Below are positions 1 to 10,534 of a DNA stretch of 64,000 nt, one piece after another; position 1 is the stretch's first letter; every line of letters begins with the position of its first letter. The notes below the pieces were generated by a model. The model was not told the origin of the DNA. It was given only the letters and a program-made list of their open reading frames with translations, and ran no database searches. This DNA comes from Polyangiaceae bacterium (GTDB lineage: Bacteria > Myxococcota_A > Polyangia > Polyangiales > Polyangiaceae), in contig CBDCTZ010000016.1 of NCBI GenBank assembly GCA_965222375.1, positions 1,696,001 through 1,760,000 of the forward strand, in the 5' to 3' direction. Position numbers and translations under genes: made by a program.

Positions 1-1
1 G

Positions 2-604
2 GGGGCGGAAGGGGTCGAGTGGGCGCACTCGAAAGGCGCTGACCTGGTGCTACTGGATTTGATGCTGCCCGATCTCCCCGGTACGGAAGTCTGCAAGCGT
101 TTGAAATCGGACCCGCAGACACGCCGCATTCCTGTTGTCATGCTCACCGCGCGGGGTGAGGAAATGGATCGCGTTGTCGGCTTCGAACTGGGCGCCGAGG
201 ACTACATCGTCAAGCCGTTTTCGGTGCGCGAGCTCCAGCTGCGTCTCCAAGCCATCCTGCGCCGCGCGCAGCCCCAGGAGGACGACAGCTCTCGCCTGGT
301 GGAGTTTGGCCTGCTGAAGATGGATCGCGACGCCCACCGAGTTTGGGTCGGGGAGGGCGAAATCGAGCTCACGGCTCTCGAGTTCCGCCTGTTGCTCACC
401 CTCTACGAGCGGCGCAGCCGGGTGCAAACTCGCAGCGCTCTCTTGGATGACGTGTGGGGGATCCAGGCTGACATCACGACTCGAACCGTGGACACCCACG
501 TCAAACGTCTGCGAGAGAAACTGGCCGCTGCGCGCGGATATGTGGAGACGGTTCGCGGGGTAGGCTACCGTTTCTGTGGCAGCCCAGAGGACGCGACCCC
601 TTGA
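2..604 (+). CDS. phoB: OmpR/PhoB-family response regulator (5'-truncated by window edge)
   Basis: Receiver motifs LLDLMLP, VMLTARGEEMDRVVGFELGAEDYIVKPF; winged helix ending RTVDTHVKRLREKL...VETVRGVGY; frame open to window start; upstream of phoR and pst genes. Confidence 0.9.
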   Translation, partial: GAEGVEWAHSKGADLVLLDLMLPDLPGTEVCKRLKSDPQTRRIPVVMLTARGEEMDRVVGFELGAEDYIVKPFSVRELQLRLQAILRRAQPQEDDSSRLVEFGLLKMDRDAHRVWVGEGEIELTALEFRLLLTLYERRSRVQTRSALLDDVWGIQADITTRTVDTHVKRLREKLAAARGYVETVRGVGYRFCGSPEDATP

Positions 605-622
605 GGGCGCAGTGAGCCAGGC

Positions 623-2497
623 TTGCGAGGGGGGCGTGACTTGAGGCTGGGGATCCGCGCAAAGCTGTTTCTGATCTCCCTCGGGCTGATCTTGCTGACC
701 GCCGCAGTTGGCTGGGCCTACGTGCAGCGTACCGTCGATACGGCTCTGACCCGCGAGGTGCAAGACGAGCTAGTTCATCGCGCTAGTCTGGCGGCGCTGC
801 ACGTCGAGCGCGCCGATAACCTCGATGCGAGCACGATGCAGCGATTGGTACGTCGGCTGTCGGCGCTTTCGGCAGCGAGGGTGACCGTCATCGAACGCAG
901 CGGCAAAGTGCTCGGCGACTCCGACGTGACGAGCGACCGACTCGCAGACGTCGAAAATCACGCCGGCCGGCCGGAGGTGCGTGCGGCTCTGGCTACGGGG
1001 AAGGGCGCGCACACGCGCTTGAGCGAAACCGTGGGCAAGCGCATGACCTACGTGGCCGTGCCCTTCGAGCGCAGCGGGAAGGTCGTTGGCGTAGTGCGCG
1101 TGGCCTTGCCCCTGACTCAGGTGGATGAAGTGCTCGCTCGAGTCAAAGGGGTTCTGGGAGCCGCCACCTTGCTCGCCCTCGGTGTGGCGATCGTGCTCAG
1201 TAGTCTAGCGGCGCATTTGGCATCGCGGACCGCGCGATCTTTGACCCAAACTGCCGAGCGCATGGCGGAAGGAGATCTCGCGACGCGTACCGGCGTCACG
1301 GGTCACGACGAATTCGCGTCCTTGGGGCGCGCCTTGGATCAGCTTGCTGCGAGCTTGTCTCAAACGGTGGATGAACTCGAGACCCAACACGAGACCACGC
1401 GCGGCATCCTGGAAGGCATGCACGAGGGCGTGCTGCTGCTCGGAGCCGATGGGCGCGTGGGGCTAGTGAACCCAGCGCTGCGCGAGATGCTGCTGCTGGG
1501 GCCCGACGCAGTGGGCAAGACGCCCCTCGAGGTGATCCGGCATGTCGAGCTGAAAGAGCTGCTGGACCGAGTGCTCGAAGAACAGCAGACGGACAGTGCG
1601 GAGATCGAGGTCAGCGGGCTCAAGCCTCGCCGCCTGCTAGTCCGCGCCTCGCCGTTCTCCCGAGGGTCGGGTGGGGTGTTCGCGGTATTCGTGGACGTTA
1701 CGGAGATGCGTAGGCTGGAGTCCCTTCGCAGCGACTTCGTTGCCAACGTTTCTCACGAGCTTCGAACTCCGGTTACGACGGTGCGCTCGGCCGCCGAAAC
1801 GCTGAGCGGCGCACTGTCCAAGGATCCGAAAACCGCGCTTCGCTTCGTGGACATCATCGAACGCAATGCCACCCGGCTTCAGGATTTAGTCGAGGACTTG
1901 CTGGACCTGTCTCGAATCGAGTCCCGGCAGTACCAATTGGACTTCGAGGCCGTGGCTCTGGGTCCCATGTGCGCCCGCGTGGTGGGCCTACTTGGAGAAA
2001 GCCTGTCCGAGCGGAACATCGAGGTCGCAACAGTGCTCGAGGACGAAGGCGCGGTCGTGCGCGCTGATCGCCGTGCTCTCGAGCACGTGCTTTCCAACCT
2101 GGTGGACAACGCCGCGAAATACGCTGGTGCCGGAGCCAAGATCACCTTGCGGGGGAGGCTCGAGGACAGCGAGGTCGTCATTTTCGTCGAGGACAACGGG
2201 CCCGGCATAGACGCGAGCCATTTGCCACGTCTGTTCGAGCGCTTCTATCGAGTGGACGCGGGGCGCTCCCGTGAACTGGGCGGCACAGGCCTGGGCCTCG
2301 CGATCGTCAAGCACCTGGTCGAGGCCATGGGCTCGAGCATCAGCGTCGAAAGCGAAGTCGGTGCTGGTGCGAGATTCAGCTTTGCGCTGCCGCTCTGGAC
2401 CGCGGAGGTATTAGATACTCAGTCGTCGGGCTCTGCTTTGTCGAATGCCAATGGGTCGACCATGGGCAACGTCGGGCGCCCTTCGTCCACGTCGTAG
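623..2497 (+). CDS. phoR: Sensor histidine kinase, PhoR-like (TM-sensor-TM-HAMP-PAS-HisKA-HATPase)
   Basis: FVANVSHELRTP H-box, NLVDNAAKY, DNGPGI, RLFERFYRVDAGRSRELGGTGLGLAIVKH; start codon uncertain (623 or 641). Confidence 0.9.
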   Translation: MRGGRDLRLGIRAKLFLISLGLILLTAAVGWAYVQRTVDTALTREVQDELVHRASLAALHVERADNLDASTMQRLVRRLSALSAARVTVIERSGKVLGDSDVTSDRLADVENHAGRPEVRAALATGKGAHTRLSETVGKRMTYVAVPFERSGKVVGVVRVALPLTQVDEVLARVKGVLGAATLLALGVAIVLSSLAAHLASRTARSLTQTAERMAEGDLATRTGVTGHDEFASLGRALDQLAASLSQTVDELETQHETTRGILEGMHEGVLLLGADGRVGLVNPALREMLLLGPDAVGKTPLEVIRHVELKELLDRVLEEQQTDSAEIEVSGLKPRRLLVRASPFSRGSGGVFAVFVDVTEMRRLESLRSDFVANVSHELRTPVTTVRSAAETLSGALSKDPKTALRFVDIIERNATRLQDLVEDLLDLSRIESRQYQLDFEAVALGPMCARVVGLLGESLSERNIEVATVLEDEGAVVRADRRALEHVLSNLVDNAAKYAGAGAKITLRGRLEDSEVVIFVEDNGPGIDASHLPRLFERFYRVDAGRSRELGGTGLGLAIVKHLVEAMGSSISVESEVGAGARFSFALPLWTAEVLDTQSSGSALSNANGSTMGNVGRPSSTS

Positions 2498-2772
2498 ACC
2501 AGAGGGTCGTCCTCTTCGACCGTGGGCATGGTGGGTCGGACGGGCGGAGTCGTTTTGTTGGAGATTTTCTTTTCGGCGTTGGCTTTGTCGGCCTTCACGG
2601 CCTCGGTGGGCGTTGCGTGGTCGGCGGTTGCTGCGGCGTTGCTAGCCTCTGCCTCGGCGTCGGCCTTTGCTTCGTCGGTGGGCTTCGCATCCGCGCCCGC
2701 CGCGACTTCCTCCCAGCCTTCGTCGACAGCCTCGGTGTCGGCGGGAGTTGGCGTGTCGCTCAGTTTGGCCAT
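2419..2772 (-). CDS. Small acidic low-complexity hypothetical protein
   Basis: 117-aa D/E/A-rich ORF with ATG start, fills the gap; overlaps the low-complexity tail of phoR. Confidence 0.5.
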   Translation of the reverse strand: MAKLSDTPTPADTEAVDEGWEEVAAGADAKPTDEAKADAEAEASNAAATADHATPTEAVKADKANAEKKISNKTTPPVRPTMPTVEEDDPLVYDVDEGRPTLPMVDPLAFDKAEPDD

Positions 2773-2800
2773 CTGCGGGGCTACGATAGCGGATGCGCGC

Positions 2801-3370
2801 TCAAGGGCCAGTTTCGGGCAGACGGCTCCGGCCTAGAAAGCGTCGCCAAGCGGTTTTTGCGCGGCCTTTGTCGGCCAGATTGTGAATCAATAGCGCGCTG
2901 AGCCCCGTGTGCGCGTCCACCCGCGCGACAAAGAGCTTTAGGCCCACGTCACCGCCTTCGCTGCCAGCGCGCCCCTCCGCAGACAGCCCCGCGCCGTGGG
3001 CGAGCTTCTCGGGCTTGGGTGCAGACAGGTCGACGCGGCCGAAACTGGCCAGCGTTGCTCTGCGTTCGTCAAAGAAGGTCGACAGAGACCGCGTGGCTTC
3101 CAGATCGTGGCGCCCGAGCAGAATGACGAGCTTGCCGTCGGTCAGCTCGTAGCCGCCAGCCTGGTTCTGCTCGGCTTGAAAGGAAGGTGGTACGTGCATG
3201 CGCGCTCCCCAGGCGTCGACGGTGGGATCAGCGGTGGCCGCTGGCGCCGGCGCTTTCGCGGCGCTCGCGTCGGGGGCTGTGGAGCTGCTGCGCTGGCAAC
3301 TGATCATTGTCAGGGCTGCGCAGCTCAGCACGGCGACAATCGGCCGCCTGGCCCGCTCAATTGTCGCCAT
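2801..3370 (-). CDS. Hypothetical lipoprotein
   Basis: Basic N-terminus, hydrophobic stretch, lipobox-like MISC, Ala/Pro linker, then globular region. Confidence 0.65.
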   Translation of the reverse strand: MATIERARRPIVAVLSCAALTMISCQRSSSTAPDASAAKAPAPAATADPTVDAWGARMHVPPSFQAEQNQAGGYELTDGKLVILLGRHDLEATRSLSTFFDERRATLASFGRVDLSAPKPEKLAHGAGLSAEGRAGSEGGDVGLKLFVARVDAHTGLSALLIHNLADKGRAKTAWRRFLGRSRLPETGP

Positions 3371-3400
3371 ATTGCTTCCCCAGCTTCGAGATTTTCACTT

Positions 3401-3429
3401 CAGGCACGCTTTCGTCACCGTATTGTCAC
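3401..3429 (+). promoter_or_regulatory. Putative pho box upstream of porin gene
   Basis: CAGGCAC-gctt-TCGTCAC-cgta-TTGTCAC; 11-bp periodicity resembling the PhoB half-site CTGTCAY. Confidence 0.65.
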
Positions 3430-3458
3430 TCATTTGCTGGCATATGCGCGGAATGCAA

Positions 3459-4727
3459 ATGCGGCTCTCCCCACTACTAGCGCTATTCTTCCTGGCTGCC
3501 CCGGCCGTGGCTCAGCCCGGCCCACCGCCTCCCGCTCCGCCACCGGAGCCCCCTCCCGCTCCGCCGCCGGCGCAGCCCGTGGAACCGCAGCCCGAGCCGC
3601 TGCCCCCATCGGTTGTCCAACCGCTGCCGCCGCCGGTGACGCCGGCGCCGACGACCCCGCCAGCCGTAAACCTCCCACCGGCGGGCCCCCAAGGTCCGGC
3701 ACGCGAGGCGCCGCCGCCGCCGAAGAAACTCACCGTCGCCAAAGATGGTTTCATCCAGCCGAGCATGCTGCTGCAGGTGTGGTTGTTCGGAAGCCGTCAA
3801 TTCAAACAGACCAACACCACGTTTCGACTGCGCCGCGCCGAGATCAAACTCAAGGGTGACATCATCGACGACGCCCTGGCCTTCACGATCATGCTCGACC
3901 CCGCAAAGGTCTTGGAGTTCGAAGACGAAGATCTCGAAGTCGAAGGCCAAGAGCCCGCGCCGACGACGCCCGGGACCGTGGAAGCCTCCCAGCCCAACAG
4001 CAACGTCTCGGTGCTTCAGGATGCGTACCTGACCGCCAAGAGCGAATGCGCCGATGTTGCCGCCGGCCAGTTCAAGAACCCCATGTCGTGGGAGGGCTTC
4101 AACTCCGCCAGCAAGCTGCTCTTCCCCGAGCGCGCGATTGCCGCACGCTTCTACGGTGACGACCGGGACATCGGCCTGCGCGTGACCAAGAAGCTGAACG
4201 ATTACGTGTATTACAACCTGGGCGTCTACAATGGCCCTGGGCTCAATCGTCGCGACAATAACAACCAGAAGGACGTGGCGCTGCGCCTGGAGCTGTATCC
4301 CCTGGAAGGCATCATGCTTGGTGGGGTGGGCTACATGAGCGTAGGAGAACGGGACGAGCCTACCACCAAGGACCGAGTCGAGGCAGACTTGCGAATCGAA
4401 CTAGCAGGTGCCTTACTCCAGGCGGAGTACTTGCACGGATGGGATGGTCCCAAGGGTAGTCGCGTCGAAGGCCACGGCTTCTACGTCGCAGCGGGTTACA
4501 CCTTCTTCGACATGCTGCAGCCCGCGGTGCGCGTTGGCGCTCTAGACAGTGACATCGACCAAGACTTGCCCGGCGACAAGAGCGACGAGCTCTGGCATTA
4601 CGAAGCTACCGTGAACTATTACATCCAGGGCAAGCAGGCCAAGCTGGCCCTCAGCTATGGTTTCTTCGACTACGACGACTGGGACCCTCGCGGCGAGGTC
4701 ACTCTGCTCGGTCAAGTTTCGTTCTAG
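3459..4727 (+). CDS. Outer-membrane porin, phosphate-selective OprO/OprP-like, with Pro-rich N-terminal extension
   Basis: Signal peptide MRLSPLLALFFLAAPAVAQ, long poly-Pro tract, FRLRRAEIKLKG, QDAYL, AGQFKNP, DRDIG, C-terminal F; pho context. Start moved from 3198 to ATG 3459 (3444/3453 possible). Confidence 0.75.
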   Translation: MRLSPLLALFFLAAPAVAQPGPPPPAPPPEPPPAPPPAQPVEPQPEPLPPSVVQPLPPPVTPAPTTPPAVNLPPAGPQGPAREAPPPPKKLTVAKDGFIQPSMLLQVWLFGSRQFKQTNTTFRLRRAEIKLKGDIIDDALAFTIMLDPAKVLEFEDEDLEVEGQEPAPTTPGTVEASQPNSNVSVLQDAYLTAKSECADVAAGQFKNPMSWEGFNSASKLLFPERAIAARFYGDDRDIGLRVTKKLNDYVYYNLGVYNGPGLNRRDNNNQKDVALRLELYPLEGIMLGGVGYMSVGERDEPTTKDRVEADLRIELAGALLQAEYLHGWDGPKGSRVEGHGFYVAAGYTFFDMLQPAVRVGALDSDIDQDLPGDKSDELWHYEATVNYYIQGKQAKLALSYGFFDYDDWDPRGEVTLLGQVSF

Positions 4728-5092
4728 ACCAAGCATGTCTTTGGTTTGGGTTGGGGTCGCATCGCTTTCGCGGCCCAGCGGCCCTACTCTCGCGCTGCCG
4801 CACTCAGCGCGCCGCGCGCTTTGAGCCAAGCCAGCACCAGCCGCGCCGTGTCGGGGCCGCTTTGGTCTTCGACGACGAATGCAAACGCGATGCGCGGATT
4901 TGACCCGGCGGCAGAAGCGCGCCGAGCGGGCTTGATGTCCCTCCGTGCCCGGCTGTCGCGTCGTCGTTCAACCAGCCGAGAAAAAATCAAAAAACCGTTT
5001 CGAGCTAGGTCGGCACTCGAGCCGCGGCAGCGTAGGGATGCGCGGTGCAGAGCGGCACCGGACTCCTTCAGACGAAGGCCGGGATAGCCGGG

Positions 5093-5686
5093 CTAGCTGC
5101 ACACGGGGCAGCTCGCGGACTCACATGAGGACATCGCGTCGAAGGCCTGTCCCGCGGCCGGATACTGAGACTTGCAATTATCGAGGCACGAGGTGGTCCC
5201 ACACGATTGAATGCACGAACGAAAGCCCTCCAGATCACTGGCTGAGCCAAAGGCCTTGAGCTGGCTGCAACAGCTCTGCTTCCGGCACTTCGTGCAATCG
5301 TCGTTTTGGTCCGTGACGACACACGCGCCACAAACCGCCAGTCCGTCATATTCGGCGCTGCAGGCGCTCTGAATGGCTCCGCTCCCGCCAACGTATCCAG
5401 CCTTGCCGGTCGCATTGCACTGGAGCGGCAGGCCGGCGGCACAGTTCAAAAGCGCGTTCGCCTCTGCCGTGCATTGACCCCCGGCGGGGGCGAAGGCCTG
5501 CTCACACTGCGTGGTGCAGGTCCCGAAGTCGTCTTCGTTGGGGCAAGCGAGTTCCTGCGCCGCCTGACACAGGCTCGCGCATCCGGTGCCCGAGCCACTG
5601 CTACCCTCTCCGGAGCTGCACCCAACCCCCGCTGCACCCATCAGTAGGAGGAGTATGCCATGGATGGATTGGATCATTTGCCGCAT
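5093..5686 (-). CDS. Cysteine-rich lipoprotein
   Basis: LLLLMGAAGVGC lipobox, Gly/Ser linker, many CxxC/CC motifs; divergent from pstS. Confidence 0.7.
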   Translation of the reverse strand: MRQMIQSIHGILLLLMGAAGVGCSSGEGSSGSGTGCASLCQAAQELACPNEDDFGTCTTQCEQAFAPAGGQCTAEANALLNCAAGLPLQCNATGKAGYVGGSGAIQSACSAEYDGLAVCGACVVTDQNDDCTKCRKQSCCSQLKAFGSASDLEGFRSCIQSCGTTSCLDNCKSQYPAAGQAFDAMSSCESASCPVCS

Positions 5687-5870
5687 CTGTCGGAAGTCTA
5701 CGCTTGGCACCTGTCGGCCCTTCCCACGCGGTCTCGTCGCGACGCAGATTGTGGGCTTGCTGCCTCCCCGCGGCGGTCGAAACCGGGGCGCAACCTGCGC
5801 GGGCACTGCGGCCCAGCCGCGGGGCGCGACACCTCATTCCACAAACCTCGAGCGGATAGCGCTGTGAAGG

Positions 5871-5888
5871 CTGTCACACGGTTGTCAC
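5871..5888 (+). promoter_or_regulatory. Pho box upstream of pstS
   Basis: CTGTCAC-acgg-TTGTCAC, 11-bp direct repeat matching the PhoB consensus, 58 nt before pstS ATG. Confidence 0.8.
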
Positions 5889-5946
5889 ATAGATGTTTCG
5901 AGGGCGCCGCCCAGGGGTTGGAGCGCGTTGCTATCTCCCTGGCAAC

Positions 5947-7023
5947 ATGATTCATCGACGCACTTTCACGGTCTTGGCTCTCTCCTCCCTGCTGCTTGTG
6001 GGCTGCAACAAGGGCCCCTCGGGCACCGGGAGCGCCACCAAAAGCGACAAAGTCACGCTGAACGGCGCGGGCGCCACGTTCCCGTACCCGCTCTATTCAA
6101 AGTGGATGAGCGAATACAACAAGAAGAACCCGAACATTCGCATCAACTACCAGTCGATAGGCTCCGGGGGCGGCATTCGCCAGATCACCGCGAAGACCGT
6201 CGACTTCGGCGCGACCGACGCGCCCATGAAGGAAGACGAGGCCAAGAAGGCCCCCGGCAAGTTGATTCACATCCCGACCACGATGGGTGCGGTCGCAGTG
6301 ACCTACAACATTCCCAAGGTCAATGCCGCGCTGAAGCTGGGTGGGGACGTGCTCTCGGATGTCTTCCTCGGCAAGATCACCAAGTGGAACGACCCGCGGA
6401 TCGCGAGCGAAAACCCAGATGTCTCCCTGCCGGATGAAAAGATCAATGTCGTCTACCGCTCGGACGGCAGCGGCACGACCGCGGTGTTCACCGAGTACTT
6501 GGGCAAAGTGTCGGCGGACTTCAAGAGCCAGGTCGGTGCCGGCAAGAGCGTGAAGTGGCCCACGGGGCTCGGTGCCAAGGGCAACGAGGGTGTCACGGGC
6601 CAGGTCAAGACGACGCCGGGCTCCATTGGCTACGTGGAGTTGGCCTACGCCACGCAGAACAAGATGCCCGTGGCCTCGATCAAGAACAAGGCTGGGCAGT
6701 TCGTGGCTCCGAGCATCGCCGCCATCACCAAGGCCGGAAAGGGCATCGAGATGCCCGACGAACTCTACGTTAGCATCACGGATTCCGCTGGTGACGGCGC
6801 CTACCCCATCGCTTCATACACCTACATCTTGGTCTACGAAGACAGCGCGGACGCTACCAAGGCCAAGACTCTTGCCGAGTTCCTGTGGTGGGCGATTCAC
6901 GAGGGACAAGATCACGCGGAAGCGCTTCACTACGCGCCGCTTCCAACTCCGGTTATGAAGAAGGTGGAAGCACGCCTCAAGACCTTGAAGTCCGGCGACA
7001 AGACGCTGCTTACCGGCAGCTGA
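5947..7023 (+). CDS. pstS: Phosphate ABC transporter substrate-binding lipoprotein
   Basis: LNGAGATFPYPLY, NYQSIGSGGG, VDFGATDAP, RSDGSGTT, GAKGNEGV; lipobox LVGC. Confidence 0.97.
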   Translation: MIHRRTFTVLALSSLLLVGCNKGPSGTGSATKSDKVTLNGAGATFPYPLYSKWMSEYNKKNPNIRINYQSIGSGGGIRQITAKTVDFGATDAPMKEDEAKKAPGKLIHIPTTMGAVAVTYNIPKVNAALKLGGDVLSDVFLGKITKWNDPRIASENPDVSLPDEKINVVYRSDGSGTTAVFTEYLGKVSADFKSQVGAGKSVKWPTGLGAKGNEGVTGQVKTTPGSIGYVELAYATQNKMPVASIKNKAGQFVAPSIAAITKAGKGIEMPDELYVSITDSAGDGAYPIASYTYILVYEDSADATKAKTLAEFLWWAIHEGQDHAEALHYAPLPTPVMKKVEARLKTLKSGDKTLLTGS

Positions 7024-7030
7024 GTTTCGC

Positions 7031-8017
7031 GTGGACGATTCCCTCCGCTCCAGCATCGTTCGGCCTCGGTCGAAGTGGCTCTCCCCCTTCGGTTCCGAGG
7101 TCAACACGGGTGACCGCGTCTTTCGCGCGGTCACTGCTTTGTTGGCACTGTCGGTGCTGGCAACGCTGCTGTTGATGGCGTTCGAGATGTATCGCTCTTC
7201 GGAGGCGAGCATCGACAAGTTCGGGTGGGACTTCATCACGAGTCGGGACTGGGACCCCGTGCGCGACCAGTTCGGCGCGCTGCCGTTCATCTACGGCACG
7301 GTCGTTTCGTCGCTGCTGGCGCTGTTGATCAGCGTCCCGGTCTCGATTGGCATCGCGATCTTCCTGTCGGAGCTCGCGCCTTCATGGCTGCGGAACCCGG
7401 TTGGATTCCTGGTGGAGCTGTTGGCGGCAGTGCCGAGCGTTGTCTACGGACTCTGGGGGATCTTTGCCCTGGCGCCCTTCCTGCGGGAGGTCGTGGAGCC
7501 CTGGTTAGCGAAGTATTTGGGCTTCCTGCCCATCTTCTCGGGGCCGCATCAGGGATTCGGGATGCTGGCGGGTGGCGTGGTGTTGTCCATCATGATCACG
7601 CCGACCATTGCGAGTGTGAGTCGGGAAGTCTTGAAGGCTGTTCCGACTACGCTGAGAGAAGGCGCGCTGGCGCTGGGAGCAACCCGTTGGGAGACGGTTC
7701 GTACAGCGGTACTACCTTACGCAAAGAGCGGCCTGCTCGGTGCCGTGATCTTGGGGCTTGGTCGCGCCCTGGGTGAGACCATGGCGATCACGATGGTGAT
7801 CGGCAACCGCGCCGAGATTAGTGCGTCGCTGTTCGCGCCCTCGTACACGATGGCGAGCGTGATCGCCAACGAGTTCACGGAGGCTACGGGTGACGTCTAC
7901 TTGGCAGCCCTGGCCGAGATCGGCTTGCTGCTCTTTGCCGTGACCCTGGCGTTGAACATCTTTGCTCGACTGTTGGTGTGGCGCGTGGGTCGATTGCCGG
8001 GGGGGGCGCGGACATGA
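7031..8017 (+). CDS. pstC: Phosphate ABC transporter permease
   Basis: VELLAAVPSVVYGLWG, REGALALGATRWE, GLGRALGETMA. Confidence 0.96.
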   Translation: MDDSLRSSIVRPRSKWLSPFGSEVNTGDRVFRAVTALLALSVLATLLLMAFEMYRSSEASIDKFGWDFITSRDWDPVRDQFGALPFIYGTVVSSLLALLISVPVSIGIAIFLSELAPSWLRNPVGFLVELLAAVPSVVYGLWGIFALAPFLREVVEPWLAKYLGFLPIFSGPHQGFGMLAGGVVLSIMITPTIASVSREVLKAVPTTLREGALALGATRWETVRTAVLPYAKSGLLGAVILGLGRALGETMAITMVIGNRAEISASLFAPSYTMASVIANEFTEATGDVYLAALAEIGLLLFAVTLALNIFARLLVWRVGRLPGGART

Positions 8018-8868
8018 CGAAGTTCAAGGAGCCCTACGCCCGGCGCAAAGCCGTCGACTACGTCGTGCGGGGCCTGTGCGTGCTCGCGACGGTGATCGCT
8101 CTAGTACCCCTTGGGCTGGTGCTCTACTACGTGACTGTTCGGGGGATCGGTGGGCTGGACTGGGCGTTCTTCACGGAGCTTCCAAAGCCAGTAGGCGAGG
8201 TTGGCGGCGGGGTTGCCAATGGCATCGTCGGAACCCTCGAGCTCGTGGGGCTTGCATGCTTGTTTGGGATCCCGCCCGGCGTAATGGCGGGCATTTATCT
8301 GGCTGAGTTCGGCAAAGGGAAGTTGGCCCACGTGGTGCGCTTCTCAGCGGACGTGCTCAGCGGCGTGCCATCGATTGTGGTCGGCATTTTCATCTACACG
8401 ATGGTCGTGCTGGCGACGAAGCGTTTCAGCGCTCTGGCGGGTGGCTTGGCGCTCGCGGTGCTGATGTTACCTACGGTCACCCGCACCACGGAGGAACTAC
8501 TTCGGTTGGTGCCCAAGTCGCTGCGCGAAGCCGCGCTGGGCCTGGGCGTCCCGAAGTGGCGCGCGACGCTCACAGTCGTGCTGCGCACAGCGGCTCCGGG
8601 AATAGCCGTCGGCGTGATGCTCGCGGTGGCGAGGGTCGCAGGTGAAACGGCGCCGCTGCTGTTCACAGCCTTTTCGAATCAGTTCTGGTCTGAAGGGCTG
8701 AACGAACCCACCGCGTCGTTGCCAGTGCAGATCTACACCTACGCCGTTTCTCCCTATGACGACTGGCACCAGAAAGCGTGGGCTGCGGCCTTGGTGTTGG
8801 TCGGCATGGTTCTCCTTCTCAACGTCTCAGCGCGCCTGCTGGTGCGAAACCGAGTGAAAGCACGATGA
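8014..8868 (+). CDS. pstA: Phosphate ABC transporter permease
   Basis: [38 protein letters not shown] overlap with pstC stop. Confidence 0.96.
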   Translation: MTKFKEPYARRKAVDYVVRGLCVLATVIALVPLGLVLYYVTVRGIGGLDWAFFTELPKPVGEVGGGVANGIVGTLELVGLACLFGIPPGVMAGIYLAEFGKGKLAHVVRFSADVLSGVPSIVVGIFIYTMVVLATKRFSALAGGLALAVLMLPTVTRTTEELLRLVPKSLREAALGLGVPKWRATLTVVLRTAAPGIAVGVMLAVARVAGETAPLLFTAFSNQFWSEGLNEPTASLPVQIYTYAVSPYDDWHQKAWAAALVLVGMVLLLNVSARLLVRNRVKAR

Positions 8869-9719
8869 CCATGGAACTCTCACTACCCTTCGCCCCCACC
8901 GCTGCCACAGGCGCGACCAAGTCCCAGCCTCGGGCATCGGAGTCCGCGGAGGCTCGACCGCAGGCGGCAACCAAAATGCGCGCCGACAGCCTGCGAGCTG
9001 CCTTTGGCGCGACCGAAGTCCTACGAGGCATCGATCTGCCCCTGCTAGAATCCAAGGTGACGGCCATCATTGGTCCGTCAGGATGTGGAAAGTCGACCTT
9101 CATCCGCTGCCTGAACCGAATGCACGAGGTCGTGGAAGGCGCGAAGGTCAGTGGCCGCGTGTTCTTGGACAAGCAGGACATTTACGAGCGCAACGTCGAC
9201 CCCGTCCGGGTACGGCGACGCGTGGGCATGGTCTTTCAGAAGCCCAATCCGTTTCCGACCATGAGCATCCGAGACAACGTGCTCGCCGGGCTGCGCTTGA
9301 ACGGAGTTCGAGTGAAAGAGCCGGATGCGGTGGTCGAGCGCGTGCTTCGGCAAGTGGCGCTATGGGACGAAGTGAAAGATAGCCTGGAGCGTTCGGGCAT
9401 GAGTCTTTCGGGTGGGCAACAACAGCGCCTGTGTATTGCGCGCACCCTGGCCCTCGAACCCGAAGTCGTGCTGATGGACGAGCCCTGCTCCGCCTTGGAC
9501 CCCATCGCCACGGCACGAGTGGAGGAACTGATTCACGAGCTCAAGGACGACTACACGATCGTGATCGTGACTCACAACATGCAACAGGCGGGGCGGGTTG
9601 CCGACTACACGGCCTTCTTCTACCTGGGTGAGCTGGTCGAATACGATGAAACGGATGTGCTCTTCACACGCCCGAAGGAAAAAAGAACCGAAGACTACAT
9701 TACGGGGCGGTTCGGTTGA
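8865..9719 (+). CDS. pstB: Phosphate ABC transporter ATP-binding protein
   Basis: [54 protein letters not shown]. Confidence 0.97.
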   Translation: MTMELSLPFAPTAATGATKSQPRASESAEARPQAATKMRADSLRAAFGATEVLRGIDLPLLESKVTAIIGPSGCGKSTFIRCLNRMHEVVEGAKVSGRVFLDKQDIYERNVDPVRVRRRVGMVFQKPNPFPTMSIRDNVLAGLRLNGVRVKEPDAVVERVLRQVALWDEVKDSLERSGMSLSGGQQQRLCIARTLALEPEVVLMDEPCSALDPIATARVEELIHELKDDYTIVIVTHNMQQAGRVADYTAFFYLGELVEYDETDVLFTRPKEKRTEDYITGRFG

Positions 9720-10453
9720 GCCGCGACGACGAGGGGAAAGACGCCATGGCCAATCCAGCGGGGGCACTACGCCACACCGACCGCGAATACGAGGCAGAGC
9801 TGACCAAGCTGCGCGAAAACGTCCTGCTCATGGGTGCCAAGGTCGAGGAGCTGCTCACGAACGCACTCAAGGCCTTCGTAGATCGAAATGGAGAGCTTGC
9901 CAAGGAGACCATGCAAGCTGATGTGGAGGTCGACCGGCTCGAACTCGAAATCGACGAGCTCTGCCTTCGCATTCTAGCGAAACGACAACCCGTGGCATCA
10001 GATCTGCGTTTCATCACGACTACCTTGAAGTTGGTGACGGACTTGGAGCGAATCGGTGACCTGGGTGCGAACGTGTGCGAGCGCGTGATGGAGGTCAGTG
10101 GAGAATCCCCCTTGTCTGCGGTTGCTACGATCACCCGCATGGGGGACGTGACCCGAGAGATGCTGCGGGGTGCGCTAGATGCCTTCGTCAACGCCGATGC
10201 AGACGCCGCTCGCGCCGTGATTGAGCGAGATAGCGTCGTGGACGCGACCTACGCGCAGCTCTTTCCGGAGCTTGTCGCCGTGATGATGGACGACCCGAAA
10301 AGCGTGTTCCGCGCTACACGCCTGCAATCCGTCGGCAAGTACCTAGAACGCATTGCGGACCACTCTACGAACGTTGCAGAGATGGTGGTGTTCATGGTCG
10401 AGGGCGAAGACGTGCGTCACGCCTTCGGGCTGTCCCGGGGCTCGGGCTACTGA
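9716..10453 (+). CDS. phoU: Phosphate signalling protein PhoU
   Basis: [29 protein letters not shown]; start 9716 or 9746. Confidence 0.95.
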   Translation: MSRDDEGKDAMANPAGALRHTDREYEAELTKLRENVLLMGAKVEELLTNALKAFVDRNGELAKETMQADVEVDRLELEIDELCLRILAKRQPVASDLRFITTTLKLVTDLERIGDLGANVCERVMEVSGESPLSAVATITRMGDVTREMLRGALDAFVNADADAARAVIERDSVVDATYAQLFPELVAVMMDDPKSVFRATRLQSVGKYLERIADHSTNVAEMVVFMVEGEDVRHAFGLSRGSGY

Positions 10454-10534
10454 GGCGTGAGGGGTTTGGGTCGCATGAACCCTGACCCGCAACTTTGACC
10501 GCCGACGCCAGGAGCGTGATACTCAGTAGTACTC

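Noticed and set aside
4784..4990. 68-aa minus-strand ORF
   Set aside because: Short, no recognisable motif.
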